Assembly: GCF_009914755.1 (NCBI RefSeq)
Contig: NC_060938.1
Source: the human T2T-CHM13v2.0 reference genome, Homo sapiens
Length of the DNA stretch: 64,000 nt
Strand: one strand, 5' to 3'
Part shown: positions 29,290 to 43,935 of the stretch, in pieces
Layout of the letters: every line of letters starts with the position of its first letter
Position numbering within the stretch: the stretch's first letter is position 1
The notes under the pieces: model-generated
Told to the model about the DNA's origin: nothing
What the model saw: only the letters and a program-made list of their open reading frames with translations
Databases searched by the model: none
Program-made: the position numbers and the translations under genes

Positions 29290-29527
29290 CTCCGTGGGTC
29301 CAGTGAGATTGGGCCTGGGCGCTGGAGCTGCTGTGGCTCCCGCCGCGGCGGCTGCCATGGAGGCCATGCCAGAGCCCAGAACTCACGCCGGGGGAGGCCG
29401 AGACAGCCGGCGGTACTCATAGATGAGGCAGCGGCGGCGGCGGCGGCGGCGGCAGCCCGGGCTCTCCATGAGCAGGCGGCGGCGGCGACGGGTGCGGCGG
29501 CACCGGCAGTTTTCGGTCCCCAGGGAG
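29290..29527 (+). other. C14orf28: C14orf28 exon 1 (5'UTR; start approximate)
   Basis: Splice donor GAG|GTACGA at 29527/29528 in the CpG island. Exon 2 begins only 1 nt before the ATG, so an upstream exon is required. Confidence 0.7.
29431..29453. repeat. (GCG)7 / CGG repeat in the 5'UTR, with a second GGC tract at ~29475-29487
   Basis: Direct reading. Confidence 0.9.
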
Positions 29528-31781
29528 GTACGAGGAGTTTGCTTCCTGGTGGACGGAGACTGGCCGGTGTGGGAACGCCTTCCGCGGCCCGGCCCTCCAG
29601 CCTATTTGTCCGCAGTTCTGAGCACTCGGCGGGGCACTGCCCGGGCAGAGGCGGGGGCGCCCAGCCGACTCGCGGGCCCCTAACTCGGGGACCCGCCCGC
29701 CTCGGTGCCAGGCCTCCCGGGCGCGGCTGCCCAGGGCCAGGGTGGGCGTGGCCGGAACGTGGGGGCTCCCCGGGGGCGCACGCCTAGCGTCCGCCTTGTC
29801 CCTGTCCCGAAGTCCCGCGCTGCTGGGAGCGGTAGCGCGTGGCTGTACAGGCGTATTTTAGGCGCTGATTTGAGAGGGGACTTTTAGAATCCCTGAGTCC
29901 TTAGGGAGTCTGGCGTTCAATGCCTTGGGCATGTGGTGGGGTCCTCACGGCTAGCTTGGGGTACCAATTTCCTCCCTTGGAAGTCACCACGAAAGAAAGA
30001 TGTTTTGTCAAAGAAATAGAGGTCAGGAGAGTTTTCCAGGTTTATTCAAATTGGAGGGCCCGTAGAGCCTGGAGAATAAAGCCAGCGGAATACATCCTCC
30101 AGTCCTTCTAATTACAGTTCCTAGCTAAACAGCTAAGACAATTTTAAGTAAAGCTCTTCACAGCTATCTTTCCATCATTTTTCCCCACCCCTCATTTTTA
30201 TTGCAATTTACTTTGGAACAAATCACCAAATTCATGATGAAACTAGTATCCTCTAGTTCTTCCAAACCTTCCCTCCTCCCGTTTTTTCCAGAGAAAGACT
30301 AAAGTTTCATGCCACATATGTCATTATAGTTTAATTCTCTTAGAGTGTAAGGGTAGTTACACTTCATTTGGTCATGTCTGAAGATAATGTGAAGAAAATA
30401 TCCTAGAGATTTATGCTTCCTTCCCAATGCACTATTTTAGGAATCCGAACTCAGGCTCTTTAAGCAATCTTAAACCTTGCTACAAAGTTCTTTAAAATTC
30501 AACGGAAATAAATCAAACCATAAAGTTATTTTCGTTTTTAAAGTATTTGAATGCATAACTGTTTTTTAAAATCTTTGTAAACAAAACGAATCAGTATCTA
30601 TTACGAAGAAACTGAGTTTGTGTTTTCCTAGGCTGCAGATTTGCCACACCCTCTTCTTCCTAAGTGGATGACTAGAATCAATGTGTTGGCCAACTAGATA
30701 TAAACATCCACTCTTCATACTAAATATAGTTACTGGATATTTTAGAGTCCACAGTATCTTGCTTCAAACTGAAAACACTGTGTTCATGTGTGTTTAATAT
30801 ATTGCAGAAGTGAATTTTTACTCGCGTTGCAGAATGTTTTGGACTTAGTTTCTTACACAAATAAAACACGTAGGACTGCAGCTTTATTAAGTGTTGAGTT
30901 CATGTTGTGTTTGGGAGGATGCAGCACTTGGAAAAGATGGTCAAAATAAGACACTGATCTCAGTCACTCATTTCTCTGTTTCCACTCCTCAGATGCCTCC
31001 CTTTTTTCATAACAATACTTCTCCATAAAAGTAACCTCGGAAAACAATATGATGTTGTTAGTTTATTTGCTTGTCCCAAGTAAAGTGAAGGAGTTTTTTC
31101 AATACAATTGTAAAAAGAACTCATTCTTTCAAAAGTATGTGCGCTATATAACATACATATAACACAACATATTTATTAAAATACTTACTGTGGCTTTAAA
31201 AACAAAGTGCCTAGTGGTCCTCAAGGTTGGGGAAGAGTGCCAGTTTGAAAAGGGAGGATGCTTTGCTTCATTCTGAAAACATGCATAGGGAATAATCAGG
31301 ATATTTATCAAGTTCTGAATCAGATCTTCATAGTATAGCCTCTGTAGTTAAAAATTATAGTATATCTAAATTGCACAATAGCACAATTCTCAGTTGCAAA
31401 TAAAAATCCCAAAGTGATTAGCAATATTAGCTATGCTACTATTCACTTAAGATTGATTTTCATGATTACTCCTCATGCTGTCTTTCAAAGCTAAATGTCA
31501 GAATTAGTCTTAGTCTATATAGCAACAGGAGTTTTTTTTTTTACATAGTTTTTCTCTACAACAAATAAAATATGTAGTATAGTTAATATAAAGATTATGT
31601 AATGGCTATTATTCTGTACCCCCAATTAAGGATCCCATTATATTAGTTTCTTAAGTGGAATCACCCATATTAACAAGAAAATGAAGCAAGCACAGCCTGT
31701 ATTTTGGAAAGATGAGGAGGTTTACATTAGGAATATGCCTAACCAAAGTTAATGTTTTTAATAGCTTTATTTTCATTTAGG

Positions 31782-31783
<2 letters not shown>

Positions 31784-31812
<29 letters not shown>

Positions 31813-32088
31813 ATGGAGTTTCACTCGTTGCCCAGGCTGGAATGAGATGGCGTGATCTCGGCTCACCGCAACCTCCGCCTCCCAGGTTCAAGCGATTCTC
31901 CTGCCTCAGCCTCCCGAGTAGCTGGGATTACAGGCATGCGCCACCACGCCCAGCTAATTTTGTATTTTTAATAGAGAGAGGGTTTCTCCATGTTGGTCAG
32001 GCTGGTCTCGAACGCCCGACCTCAGGTGATCGCCCGCCTCAGCCTCCCAAAGTACTGGGATTACAGGTGTGAGCCACCGTGCCCAGCC
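31784..32088 (-). mobile_element. AluSp-like element in intron 1
   Basis: Reverse Alu with poly(T). Confidence 0.9.
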
Positions 32089-32343
32089 TCAGGATTTTTT
32101 TTATTACAGGGTTTCCCTCTGTCACAGATAAAATCTGCAATGTAATTAATATAAAGCCTATCAAATGGCCATCTGTACCTCAAAAAAAGACTGCAGCTTC
32201 TTAAATGGTCTTTCCAGAGAGCATGCATAGTGCGCGAAAAGTGGCTCATTTAAATTTTTTTGCTATGTTGGGAGGCCTAATAACCACATTTGATTTGAGT
32301 CTTTAGATGGATTTATTTTCGTTTAAACATATTATGCATTTAA

Positions 32344-32919
<576 letters not shown>

Positions 32920-32982
32920 TAAGTTGGTCTAACGTCTGTTTTGTCACTTTTACTTTTTTTAATGAATGTTGCTTTAGATATG

Positions 32983-33300
32983 TAGTCGTGTACCCCATAA
33001 TGACATTTGGGTCAACAAAGGACCACATATGCCATGCTGGTTTGTAGGATACTGTATATTTAGTATACCTTTCTATGTTTAGGTACACAAAGACTTACCA
33101 TTTTGTTAAAATTGCCTACAGAATTAAGTATAGTAACATGTTGTATGGATTTGTAGCCTAGGAGCAATAGGCTTTACCATATAGCCTCGGTGTGTAAAAG
33201 GTTATACCATCTAGTTTTGTGTAAGCACATTCTAGGATGTTTACACACTATGAAATCATCTAAGGATACATTTCTCAGAATGTGTCCCCATTGGATGACA
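32983..33300. mobile_element. Tigger3/MER7-like DNA transposon fragment
   Basis: tagtcgtg...ggaccacatatg...tagcctaggagcaataggct...catttctcagaatgtgtcccc. Confidence 0.65.
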
Positions 33301-34156
33301 AATGACAATATTGCCAAAGTATTTGTTAAAGTACAGAGCCTTTATAATTACTTAGGCATGAAGCAGTCACAGAAATGCAAGATTCTTCTGCAGGTCCCCT
33401 GAAAACAGTGTTACAGCCTATTACATCCAAACATCTTATAATTACTTTACAAAACCAGCTGATAACCTTGTCAGTAGCAAAGTAATGAATTATTCAGTAT
33501 GAAAAATATATTACTCTTACTTGAATTTACTAATATGACTATAGATGATTCTTAGTGTCACAAATGTAACCTCTTTAAGAGCGCTTAATACTGTTTTGGA
33601 ATGTTTCACCCTTTGAATAGGTCTCTGTCAGGAGGGCTAGTTCCATATGAACAAGAAAATTAAAAGCATCCTTTCATATTATGGCCAAGACATAATTATA
33701 GACAGAAACCCAGAACTTGGCATCTCACATGTGGATGTGGATGTAAGCAGCTTTTATTTTGACTAGGAAAGGTGCAAGGAGCCAGATGAGTGTTTTTGGC
33801 TTTCAGAGAAAAGGCAGATCTCCCACCTGGTAAATGATAGGGACAAAGTCCAAATTGGCAAGCCCTAGTGGAGTGTTGGGAAACGTTAAAGCCTCCAAGG
33901 GACATGAGCTGGAAAGGGGATAATTGCCAGTGGAAGAAAAACAGACCCAAATGCATTTTTGGCAGAAAGGTATTTGGCCCTATGGTCCAGAAAAACAGCC
34001 TGATAGATCGTTCCCATTTGGAAATGTATATCACATACCCTAATTTGTTAAACTTACATTTCTCTGAAATACACTGTCTATTTTCCTGCATTGCTAATTT
34101 GAAATATCAATCAATGGAAATAATTATCAAGTCATAAAGACAACTCAGAAGTGTTG

Positions 34157-34579
34157 CAGTGATCATAGCTCACTGCAGCCTTGAACTCCCGGGCTCAAGT
34201 GATCCTCCTGCCTCATGGCTCACTACTTCAGCCTCTCCAGTAGCTGGGACTACAGGTATATGCCACCATGCCCAGCTAATGTTTTATTTATTTTTTTATT
34301 TTTTGAGACAGGGTCTCACTCCATCTCCCAGGCTGAAGTATAATGGTGTGATCACAGCTCACTGCAACGTTGACTTCCTGGGTTCAAGAGATCCTCCTGT
34401 CTCAGCACCCCCAAGTAGCTGGCACCAGGGGCATGTACCACCATGCCCGGCTAATTTTTGTATTTTTTTTTAGAGATAGGATCTTGCTGTGTTGCCCAGG
34501 TTGGTCTCAAACTTCTGATTCACCCACCTCAGCTTCCCAAAGTGCTGGGATTACAGGCGTGAGCCACCACACCCAGCCT
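34157..34579 (-). mobile_element. Compound AluJ (truncated arm plus dimer)
   Basis: Two adjacent reverse Alu segments. Confidence 0.8.
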
Positions 34580-34998
34580 AATATCTTGTTTTTTAAAAAC
34601 TAGTTTCATCTGTAAATATTTTGAAACTATAATGAAATATTTATAATTCTATATTTTATACTATTGAATAAAATATTTTTCATCATACTCTATAACTTTT
34701 AAGTTTTTGCCTACTTTTTAAAAAATCCTATATTTAAAGCAACCTCTGAAGTAATGTAGAAAAAAAGTTTTTTTTAACGGATCAGGTACTTGAGGCCAAG
34801 AATGATTATTACTTACATTTAATCAGGTAACTAATCAGCTGCTCCTCTGATTCTGGGTCCTAGTTCCTTCCCACGAGACCAGATTGCCTCTTTTGAATCT
34901 TCTCACAAATGTTTTAAATTATCATAGCAGCAACTGGATATATCAGGATTGTTTATACAAAAATATGTTTCTTTGAAAATTTCATAATTAGTGTTTGA

Positions 34999-35256
<258 letters not shown>

Positions 35257-35484
35257 TGAGTATACAATAGACATTTAAAATGACAGTATGTATGTGTTTA
35301 TAAGGAAACCTAGGCAGATGTGCTCCTTGAAGTACTTTATGAATCTTATTAACCTAGTTTACTATGACATTTTACAGTGTTTTTGTTACGGAGTATATCA
35401 CTACATAGAATATGGTACTACAGCTGATTGATGAATACAAAGCAAATACCTTTTCTTTTTTCCCCCCCCACTGCTGAGTAGGTA

Positions 35485-35895
35485 CAATAAAACCTTGGTT
35501 AACTGGAACCCAGCTAATTGGGACCCTCAATTATCTGGATTTTTTTCTGCACTCTCCATTTAGGAGAAAGAGGTAAATGACAACTAAAAAACTTAACCTA
35601 GTAAAAGTTGAGAGAAGCAGAACATATTCATCCCAATCTCTTAAAATTTTCTGTGACTACATTATTGTATAATGAGAATTAATATTTAGAAGGATGATCT
35701 TATTGCTGATTAATTACAAAAGGAAAGGTAAAAATATGTTCTGTTAATTGTACCTATTAAGTCCAGAAAGTGAACGAATATATTGTAGCAACAAATACTG
35801 AAACAGATGGTTTTCTGGTTAATTTGGTTTAGTTAATAATGTTTGTTAACCAGAATACTGTACCCTGAGCATTCCGGTTAATCAAGATTTTACTG
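35485..35895. mobile_element. TcMar/Tigger-type non-autonomous DNA transposon
   Basis: Terminal inverted repeats caataaaaccttggttaactggaa / ttccggttaatcaagattttactg, each flanked by TA. Confidence 0.7.
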
Positions 35896-36273
35896 TATAA
35901 TTCAATATGTTATATTCTGATCCATATACTTAATACCTCATAATATGAGGAAACAATTTGTTCATGCTTATAGTCGAGTCTAATGGCAAAAGGAAGCAAT
36001 TAGAGTCATATTTTTCCCCTCTCTGCCATTATTTGAAACCAGCATATAGAGTGAAATATAAAAGCGTTTGTATCAGTTCTGCAGAGTTATGCTTTCATAG
36101 GCTTATACAGAAATAGCCAGCATTTCCTGGAGTTTTAAACGTGTCATTTCTAGTGTAAGGAACACAGCTTATAAACTTCTGGAACTATTAGGTGATATAA
36201 GGTAGTAATTACCCTATAACTATAGGTATTAACCATTACCTACACCTATAATAGATAATTATAAGAAAATTAA

Positions 36274-36489
<216 letters not shown>

Positions 36490-36659
36490 TAGGTGTTTTT
36501 GTTGTTGTTTCTTTATAAAACTAATAAAAAAAATTTATCCTGTTATATTATGATTTTGACTAGCCCTTAAGAGATATTGTTGAAAACAATCATATCTGTC
36601 TCTAAATTTATGTATTCTGAATAGAATCAGAATTTATTACAGAGAGTCAGTTACTAGCA

Positions 36660-36880
36660 GTGCACATAGTGGGTAGGTGTGTGGACTACAGAATAGACAG
36701 AATTGGGTTCAAATCCTAGCCCCATCTTTTATAAGTTAACCTTGGGCCAACAACTTAACCAGTTTACATGTCAGTTTTCTTATCTATAAAACAGAGATGA
36801 TGGTATCAACCTAGTGCAATTATTGTAAAGATTTAATAAGCACATACTAAGTGTTTAAGATAGTACCTGACACATAATAC
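36660..36880 (+). mobile_element. MIR
   Basis: gggttcaaatcctagc...cagttttcttatctataaaa MIR core. Confidence 0.75.
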
Positions 36881-37281
36881 TGGATAGTATAATAATAGCA
36901 CAGTATTTTGTGCCTGACACATACTGGCTAATACTTGTATTTCAAGTCAGAGAAGTTCGTAGTAGTATGCAGGTGGTCATAATTTAAACATAAAATGTTA
37001 CTTGTCACTATAAATAAAAATATCTGCATACAAATCAGGAAATAAAGGGTTCTTTTAACATTTTCCCTGTAAAAGTTTTCTTACGTGTTTACTCTTTTTT
37101 AAAAGAAACATACAGGTTATAAGTTCATCTGTTAAAATATGTTTTTAAGAAATTCTTAATTTCCACATTTCCAATTTTATTACATGATCTATAGAGATGG
37201 ATATCTTTTTCAGGGAACAGAATACAAACAATGTCAATGTTTTTATTCCTTAGTTATGAATTTAAGGAATGTTTATCTTAA

Positions 37282-37509
<228 letters not shown>

Positions 37510-39210
37510 ATATAGATTGATGCTAAAAGTTGTTTTCCCTCCTGCCCATGCTCTCCCAGATGAAGGGCTTTTATTTTGTGTATACTTGGTATCCAAGAAA
37601 ATAGTTCAACTATACTAGTTTCAGAAGTGTATTTTCAGTGTTTAACCCCAGGTAAATGTTTTATATAGAGGATCTGTGCAAAAATGTTTGTAATTTTTTT
37701 ATATTTCCTGAGTTATTTTTATATGAGCATATTTTATGTTGGAATAAAATATATCTTGTGGCCTTTGTATTTTTTATTTATATGTACCTCAAAGATTTTT
37801 ACAATTCTGTCTTTGAATTCAAGAAATACTTTGTCATCTGAATTCTAAATTTTTCTTTTTGGATATTCGAGTAAAACCTAGGTAAAAGTATTTTAAGTTT
37901 ATATAATTTAACAGTTCAAAATATATCTGACTGTATTTCTTTGCCCTACCTCACTATAATCCAAAGTGCACTATTTGATCTAGTATGGATTTGAATGTAC
38001 AATTTATCGATGGCTTAGTTTATTAGTTCGATTTGCCTAGTATCCCTGCAGCAATTTTTTAAAATGTCTGAGAAATTTTTCAGAGCTTAAACTATTTCTT
38101 TATAATGGCAAATTACTTTTAACTACTTCCTAAAGTATTATAAACCTGCCAGTGGATTTTAAGTGATAGCTAAGCTTCCAAGCTTAATTCACGTTATTAC
38201 AAATAAATTATATAACTATCTTAAATGTTTATCTTATAATTAAATGTAATTTGAAATGCTCTAATGTATTTTGCAGATAAAACAACTATAAACAATATTA
38301 GGCAACTGGATGTTTACTAGTGTCGGACTAGCAATAGAAATGCACTTTAAATATATATTTAAGGGGAAATGCGTGCCTGGAAATACTTCTTTTCCTAGTG
38401 AAGTTTTATATTGACACAGAGAAAAGAATACTTAAAATTTTGAGTGATGTCTACTGGCTTCCTTGTAAGTAGTGATTGATAGCATGCGGCTTTGACTTGC
38501 AATACAAATCATTACGATTTTATAGTTATCAGAACATTACGTTTCTTTATAAAGACCCTAAGGTCACTCTTCTTTTTGCAACTTAAGGGAAAAAATATTC
38601 TCAAGGGAAAATACTTTTTGAAATTTATCACCATTTTAGTGTTTACATTTCAATAAATAGTTCACTTCAGGTTTGGGATTGAGATTAGTTGCAATATATT
38701 TAGAAGCTCCTACATGACAGCACAGATCACTGCCATCTGCTGAACTGCTAAAGTGCTTGGTGCCATGTTGAGAAAACTTACCCAAGAATGGATAAATATG
38801 GGTGAAACATTACTGAGAATGCCTCACGTTAGCAAATACTATGAAAATTCTTGTTTATATATCAAACTGATTTATTTTACAAAAAAAAAAAATTCACCCC
38901 AAGATTTATTTAGTTTCCCAAGTGTATCTGATTAGGATTTAATTTAGAGTAAACTTTTCTGGGGACACCTGATTGCATGAACTGAAGTATACAATAACAC
39001 AAATATTACAGTAAACATAAATGGTGTCATTAACAAAATTATTCCTAATGCAGATTTATTCTTTCAGGAAATGCACTTTATTTGGAATACTAGTTTATCA
39101 TGAAACAATGACTTACCTACCTCACAGGGTTGTTGTGAGGATTAAGATGTTTGTTAAAATCTTGACTACCTTGAACATGCTAATAAAAAAACATTTTTCT
39201 ACCTCTTTTA
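37510..39210 (+). other. C14orf28: C14orf28 AU-rich 3'UTR with candidate poly(A) signals at 37743, 38652 and 39182
   Basis: AATAAA hexamers. The one at 39182-39187 is followed by U-rich sequence. Confidence 0.65.
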
Positions 39211-39585
39211 TTTGCAGGCAAGGCTCCCAGATTTTCTCTAACTACTGAACTTTGCAGATTTTAAAAAATTACTTAGGCTGTAGCTCATATCACTAATATA
39301 TTTAGTGTGTAATGGAAATTCAGTATGCCTTCTTGACCCCAGGTTGGGGCTTAAGGAGGAGAACAGATAGTTTATTTTTATGGTAGCAGTTGATAGAAAC
39401 AAGAAATTATCCCCTGCTGACCAAACAGTGAATAGAAAAAGGATCAAAAAGAATTAACTAAAATAGATTACGGAATGTGAAGGTGAGGGTATGGAAAATT
39501 CTTTGTAGTTCTATAAACATCCTTAATCAGAATAATCTACTGGTGGGGGGGGGCTAAAGATACGAGGTAATAATCAGATTATATA

Positions 39586-39907
<322 letters not shown>

Positions 39908-40296
39908 CAGAATATATTTTTAATCAAAATACCACAAACAACTCCTATACCTACAGGGACAGCAAAAATAATTTTAAAACCTTTTCTGCAATCTGGCATA
40001 AAGAACAAATAAGCAAATTTAAGAAGGAGTCTTCAACTAGCTTCAGTAAAAGAAACCGTTTCTTCTTTAACTTCTGTAAATAATCTTATTCCTTCAAAGT
40101 AGTTTATAATAATTTATAAATTATTAGTTTAAACTGTCACTAGATCTAATCCATCCAATGAAAGAGGAAGAGAAAGGATAACTGACCACCACAGGCATGC
40201 CTACTAGACTGAGTCCCATGTTCTATTTCTTTCCTAAAGTATGGGCAAACAACTATATAATCAGATGACTACTATCACACATAAAAAGCTACACAT

Positions 40297-40587
40297 GGCA
40301 GGACACGTGGCTCATGCCTGTAATCCCAGCACTTTGGGAGGCTGAGGTGAGAGGATCACTTGAACTCAGGAGTTCCCTGGGCAACACAGGGAGACCCCAT
40401 CTCTACTAAAAATACAAAAATCAGTCAGGTGTGATGGTGTTCACTTGTTGCCTGTAGTGCCAGTTACTCAGGAGGCTGAGGTGGGAGGATGGCTTGAGCC
40501 TAAGAGTTGGAGGTTGCAGGGAGCAGAGATCACTGGAGCAGCCTGCGTAACACAGCAAGACCTGTCTCAAAAAAAAAAAAAAAAAAG
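40297..40587 (+). mobile_element. AluJ
   Basis: Diverged Alu with A tail. Confidence 0.85.
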
Positions 40588-40637
40588 CAAAGAAAAGGAA
40601 AGCTGTACATGTTGAGCATATGAAAAATTTAGTTATG

Positions 40638-40926
40638 TTTGTTTTGAGATGGAGTTTCGCTCCTGTTGCCCAGGTTGGTGTGCAATGGCACCATCTTGGC
40701 TCACTGCAACCTCTGACTCCCAGGTTCAAATGATGCTCCTGCCTCAGTCTCCGGAGTAGCTGGGATTACAGGCAGGCGCCACCCACACCCGGCTATTTTT
40801 GTATTTTCAGTAGAGACGGAGTTTCTCCATGTTGGTGGCTGGTCTCAAACTCCCGATTTCAGGTGATCTGCCCGCGTTGGCCTCCCAAAGTGCTGGGATT
40901 ACAGGCGTGAGCCACTGTGCCCGGCC
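40638..40926 (-). mobile_element. AluS
   Basis: Reverse Alu with TSD aaatttagtt. Confidence 0.88.
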
Positions 40927-41276
40927 CGAAATTTAGTTTTATAATGATTCAGTGATGTTTAATTATTAGAAAATAACTGTAATGTACTATAAGGCAGAAA
41001 GGGTAAGAATTCATATAAAATGATTGTAATTAATATTACTAAACTACAGCCAAACCAAACATTTAAAATTTTTAAATTTTCTCCTTTTCCTTTGTTGATG
41101 CCCTAGCATTTAAAATCAGCATCAAATTATTCTGCCCTAAAACTTCATAGCTTTAAAAGTTCATCTTATTGAGACATTTATACAAAGATCTTAAATTGAA
41201 TGTCTTACTATCAGGGGTTCCTACATCCCACCGTACTGGCCCAAGCTCCACTCTCTGGTCACCTGGACAGCCTCCT

Positions 41277-41927
<651 letters not shown>

Positions 41928-42324
41928 CTCCTTTAACCTCAAATTTAATTTGATCCTGGGGAGAAAACAGCCTTTTACTCTATCTCTTGTAGCTGAGGGG
42001 GAGGAAGTTAGTAAGAAGCCATCTGTAACTAGATAATTTCTTTATATGCTGAGGATGTAATTAGATTATTTATCCTCAAATGAGCAATCAGTTCCATTGT
42101 TTATCCACTGTTTTCTCAATAAGATCTTCTGCAAGGTATCAGGAGGAATATTGCTTAAAAATGAAAAGGTGAGCTGCTTCGGCAGGAACCTCAAAAAGGG
42201 TGTGGAATGGAACAGGAGCTTTGGGAGCAAATTAGCTGCGTAGGCAAGTTAGCCATAGTAGAATCAGAAACTTGCTATTTATACAAGTTGGATGGATTTT
42301 CATTACTTGTTTTATCTTTGAGTT

Positions 42325-42634
42325 TTATTTTATTTATTATCTATTTATTTTTGAGACGGAGCTTTGCTCTGTCGCCCAGGCTGAAGTGCAGTGGCATGAT
42401 CTTGGCTCACTGCAACCTCCGCCTCCCGGATTCAAGCAATTCTCCTGCCTCAGCCTCCTAAGTAGCTGAGATTACAGGTAAGTGCCACCACGCCCGGCTA
42501 ATTTTTGTATTTTTAGTAGAGTCGGGGTTTCACCATGTTGGCCAGGCTGGTCTCAAACTCCTGACCTCAGGTGAGCCACCTGCCTCGGCCTCCCAAAGTG
42601 CTGGGATTACACATGTAAGCCAGCGTGCCCGGCC
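42325..42634 (-). mobile_element. AluS
   Basis: Reverse Alu with TSD tatctttgaRtttta. Confidence 0.9.
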
Positions 42635-43935
42635 TATCTTTGAATTTTATAAACACTCATTTCGCAATATGAATATAAAATAATATGTAAATCAGTAATA
42701 CAAAAGAAGTTTGAAGAAGAAAATAAAGGTCATCCATAACTTCTCCACCATCATTTCTTCCATCCATAATTTACACAATTATGATTACATAATCCAGTGA
42801 TTGGCTCACACTGGTAAAGACTTTTTGGAAAGTCTAGCATGGCTCTACAGTACTGAAGAGAACCAAGAACCAAGGAGTTAGGGCTTGGAAGGAAGAAGTG
42901 TATACTCCTGGAGGCCAGCATAGTGGTGATAGAGATAATTAACATGACAAAACTCCAAGAGGAAAGTAAGACTCAGGAAAACAGCTGTGGCCACCTGTTC
43001 AGGCATTTCTTTTCACCCGGACACTTGCTTTCAAAAACATTTGTCTTCTTAAACCTTCAATAACTCATTCTTTTATTTTACAAAGGATATCATTCCTTTA
43101 CAATCCTCTACCTACATCTTAATCATAGTATCCCGGGTGCTGAAGTTTGGAAGCAAGACCAGGATGGAATAAATTGTCCCCAAATAGATACAACCAAATA
43201 GACTTTCTGTTTTCCTGTTAACCTAACACAGAGTTGTAACAAAGAAAGATTAAAATACACTCAACGTAATTAGCTTTAAGGGCAGGGTGGACAAAATCTG
43301 AGAGAGTTTTTGAAGAGGAGAGAAGCAGATACAGTAAGTATCTCCGCATACCCAACATATGAGAATTTTAGGGCAGTGGAAAGGGATTGGGAAGGAGAAA
43401 AAACACAAGAGAGCTGACCTGAGCTCAAGTTAAGAAGAGACCAGGTTAAGGCTTGGAGAAAATGGCCCACCAGCTAGGAAAATCCTTTCCCAAGCAGGCT
43501 AGGTTTGATTTGGGGGCTGCAAACTAGAACAAGGTAATATCAGACATATTTTCTCTGCAGCATTCATTTAATATATACTTATTGAGTATCTACCATTTGC
43601 TACTTGAATTAGATATGCTTTCAGCCCTGGAAGAGTATACATGCCTACAGCGGGAGAAAAATGAGTAAAACAATGATGACAGTATAAAACGAAATACTAT
43701 GGCAGGGTAGGTACCTGGGGCTTTGAGAGTACACAGGAGGGACAACTCTGAAAACAACCGCTGTGAGGTTTTTGAACCAGGCCTTTCACAGTAGCTGCCC
43801 ACCACTCCCGGAGGAGATCTGTAAAGGAAAAAGATTACAGATTCTTCAGCTTGTGATTTCAAAGACAATTATACAGTACTATTTCCTCTACCTCTACAAT
43901 TACAGAGTACTATTTCAAAGACAATTATATAGTAC

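Larger units (their letters stand above)
28975..29860 (+). promoter_or_regulatory. CpG-island promoter of C14orf28
   Basis: High GC and CpG density. CCAAT boxes (~28980, 28993, 29113 reverse), ETS CACTTCCGG (~29026), GC boxes (29063, 29084) and NRF1-like GCGCCTGCGC (~29175). No TATA box. Confidence 0.9.

Noticed and set aside
29218-29787. 189-aa polyAla ORF, or a possible N-terminal extension of C14orf28
   Set aside because: Near-cognate start in a CpG island that crosses the splice donor. The frame matching the main ATG has stops at 29424 and 29469, so there is no extension.
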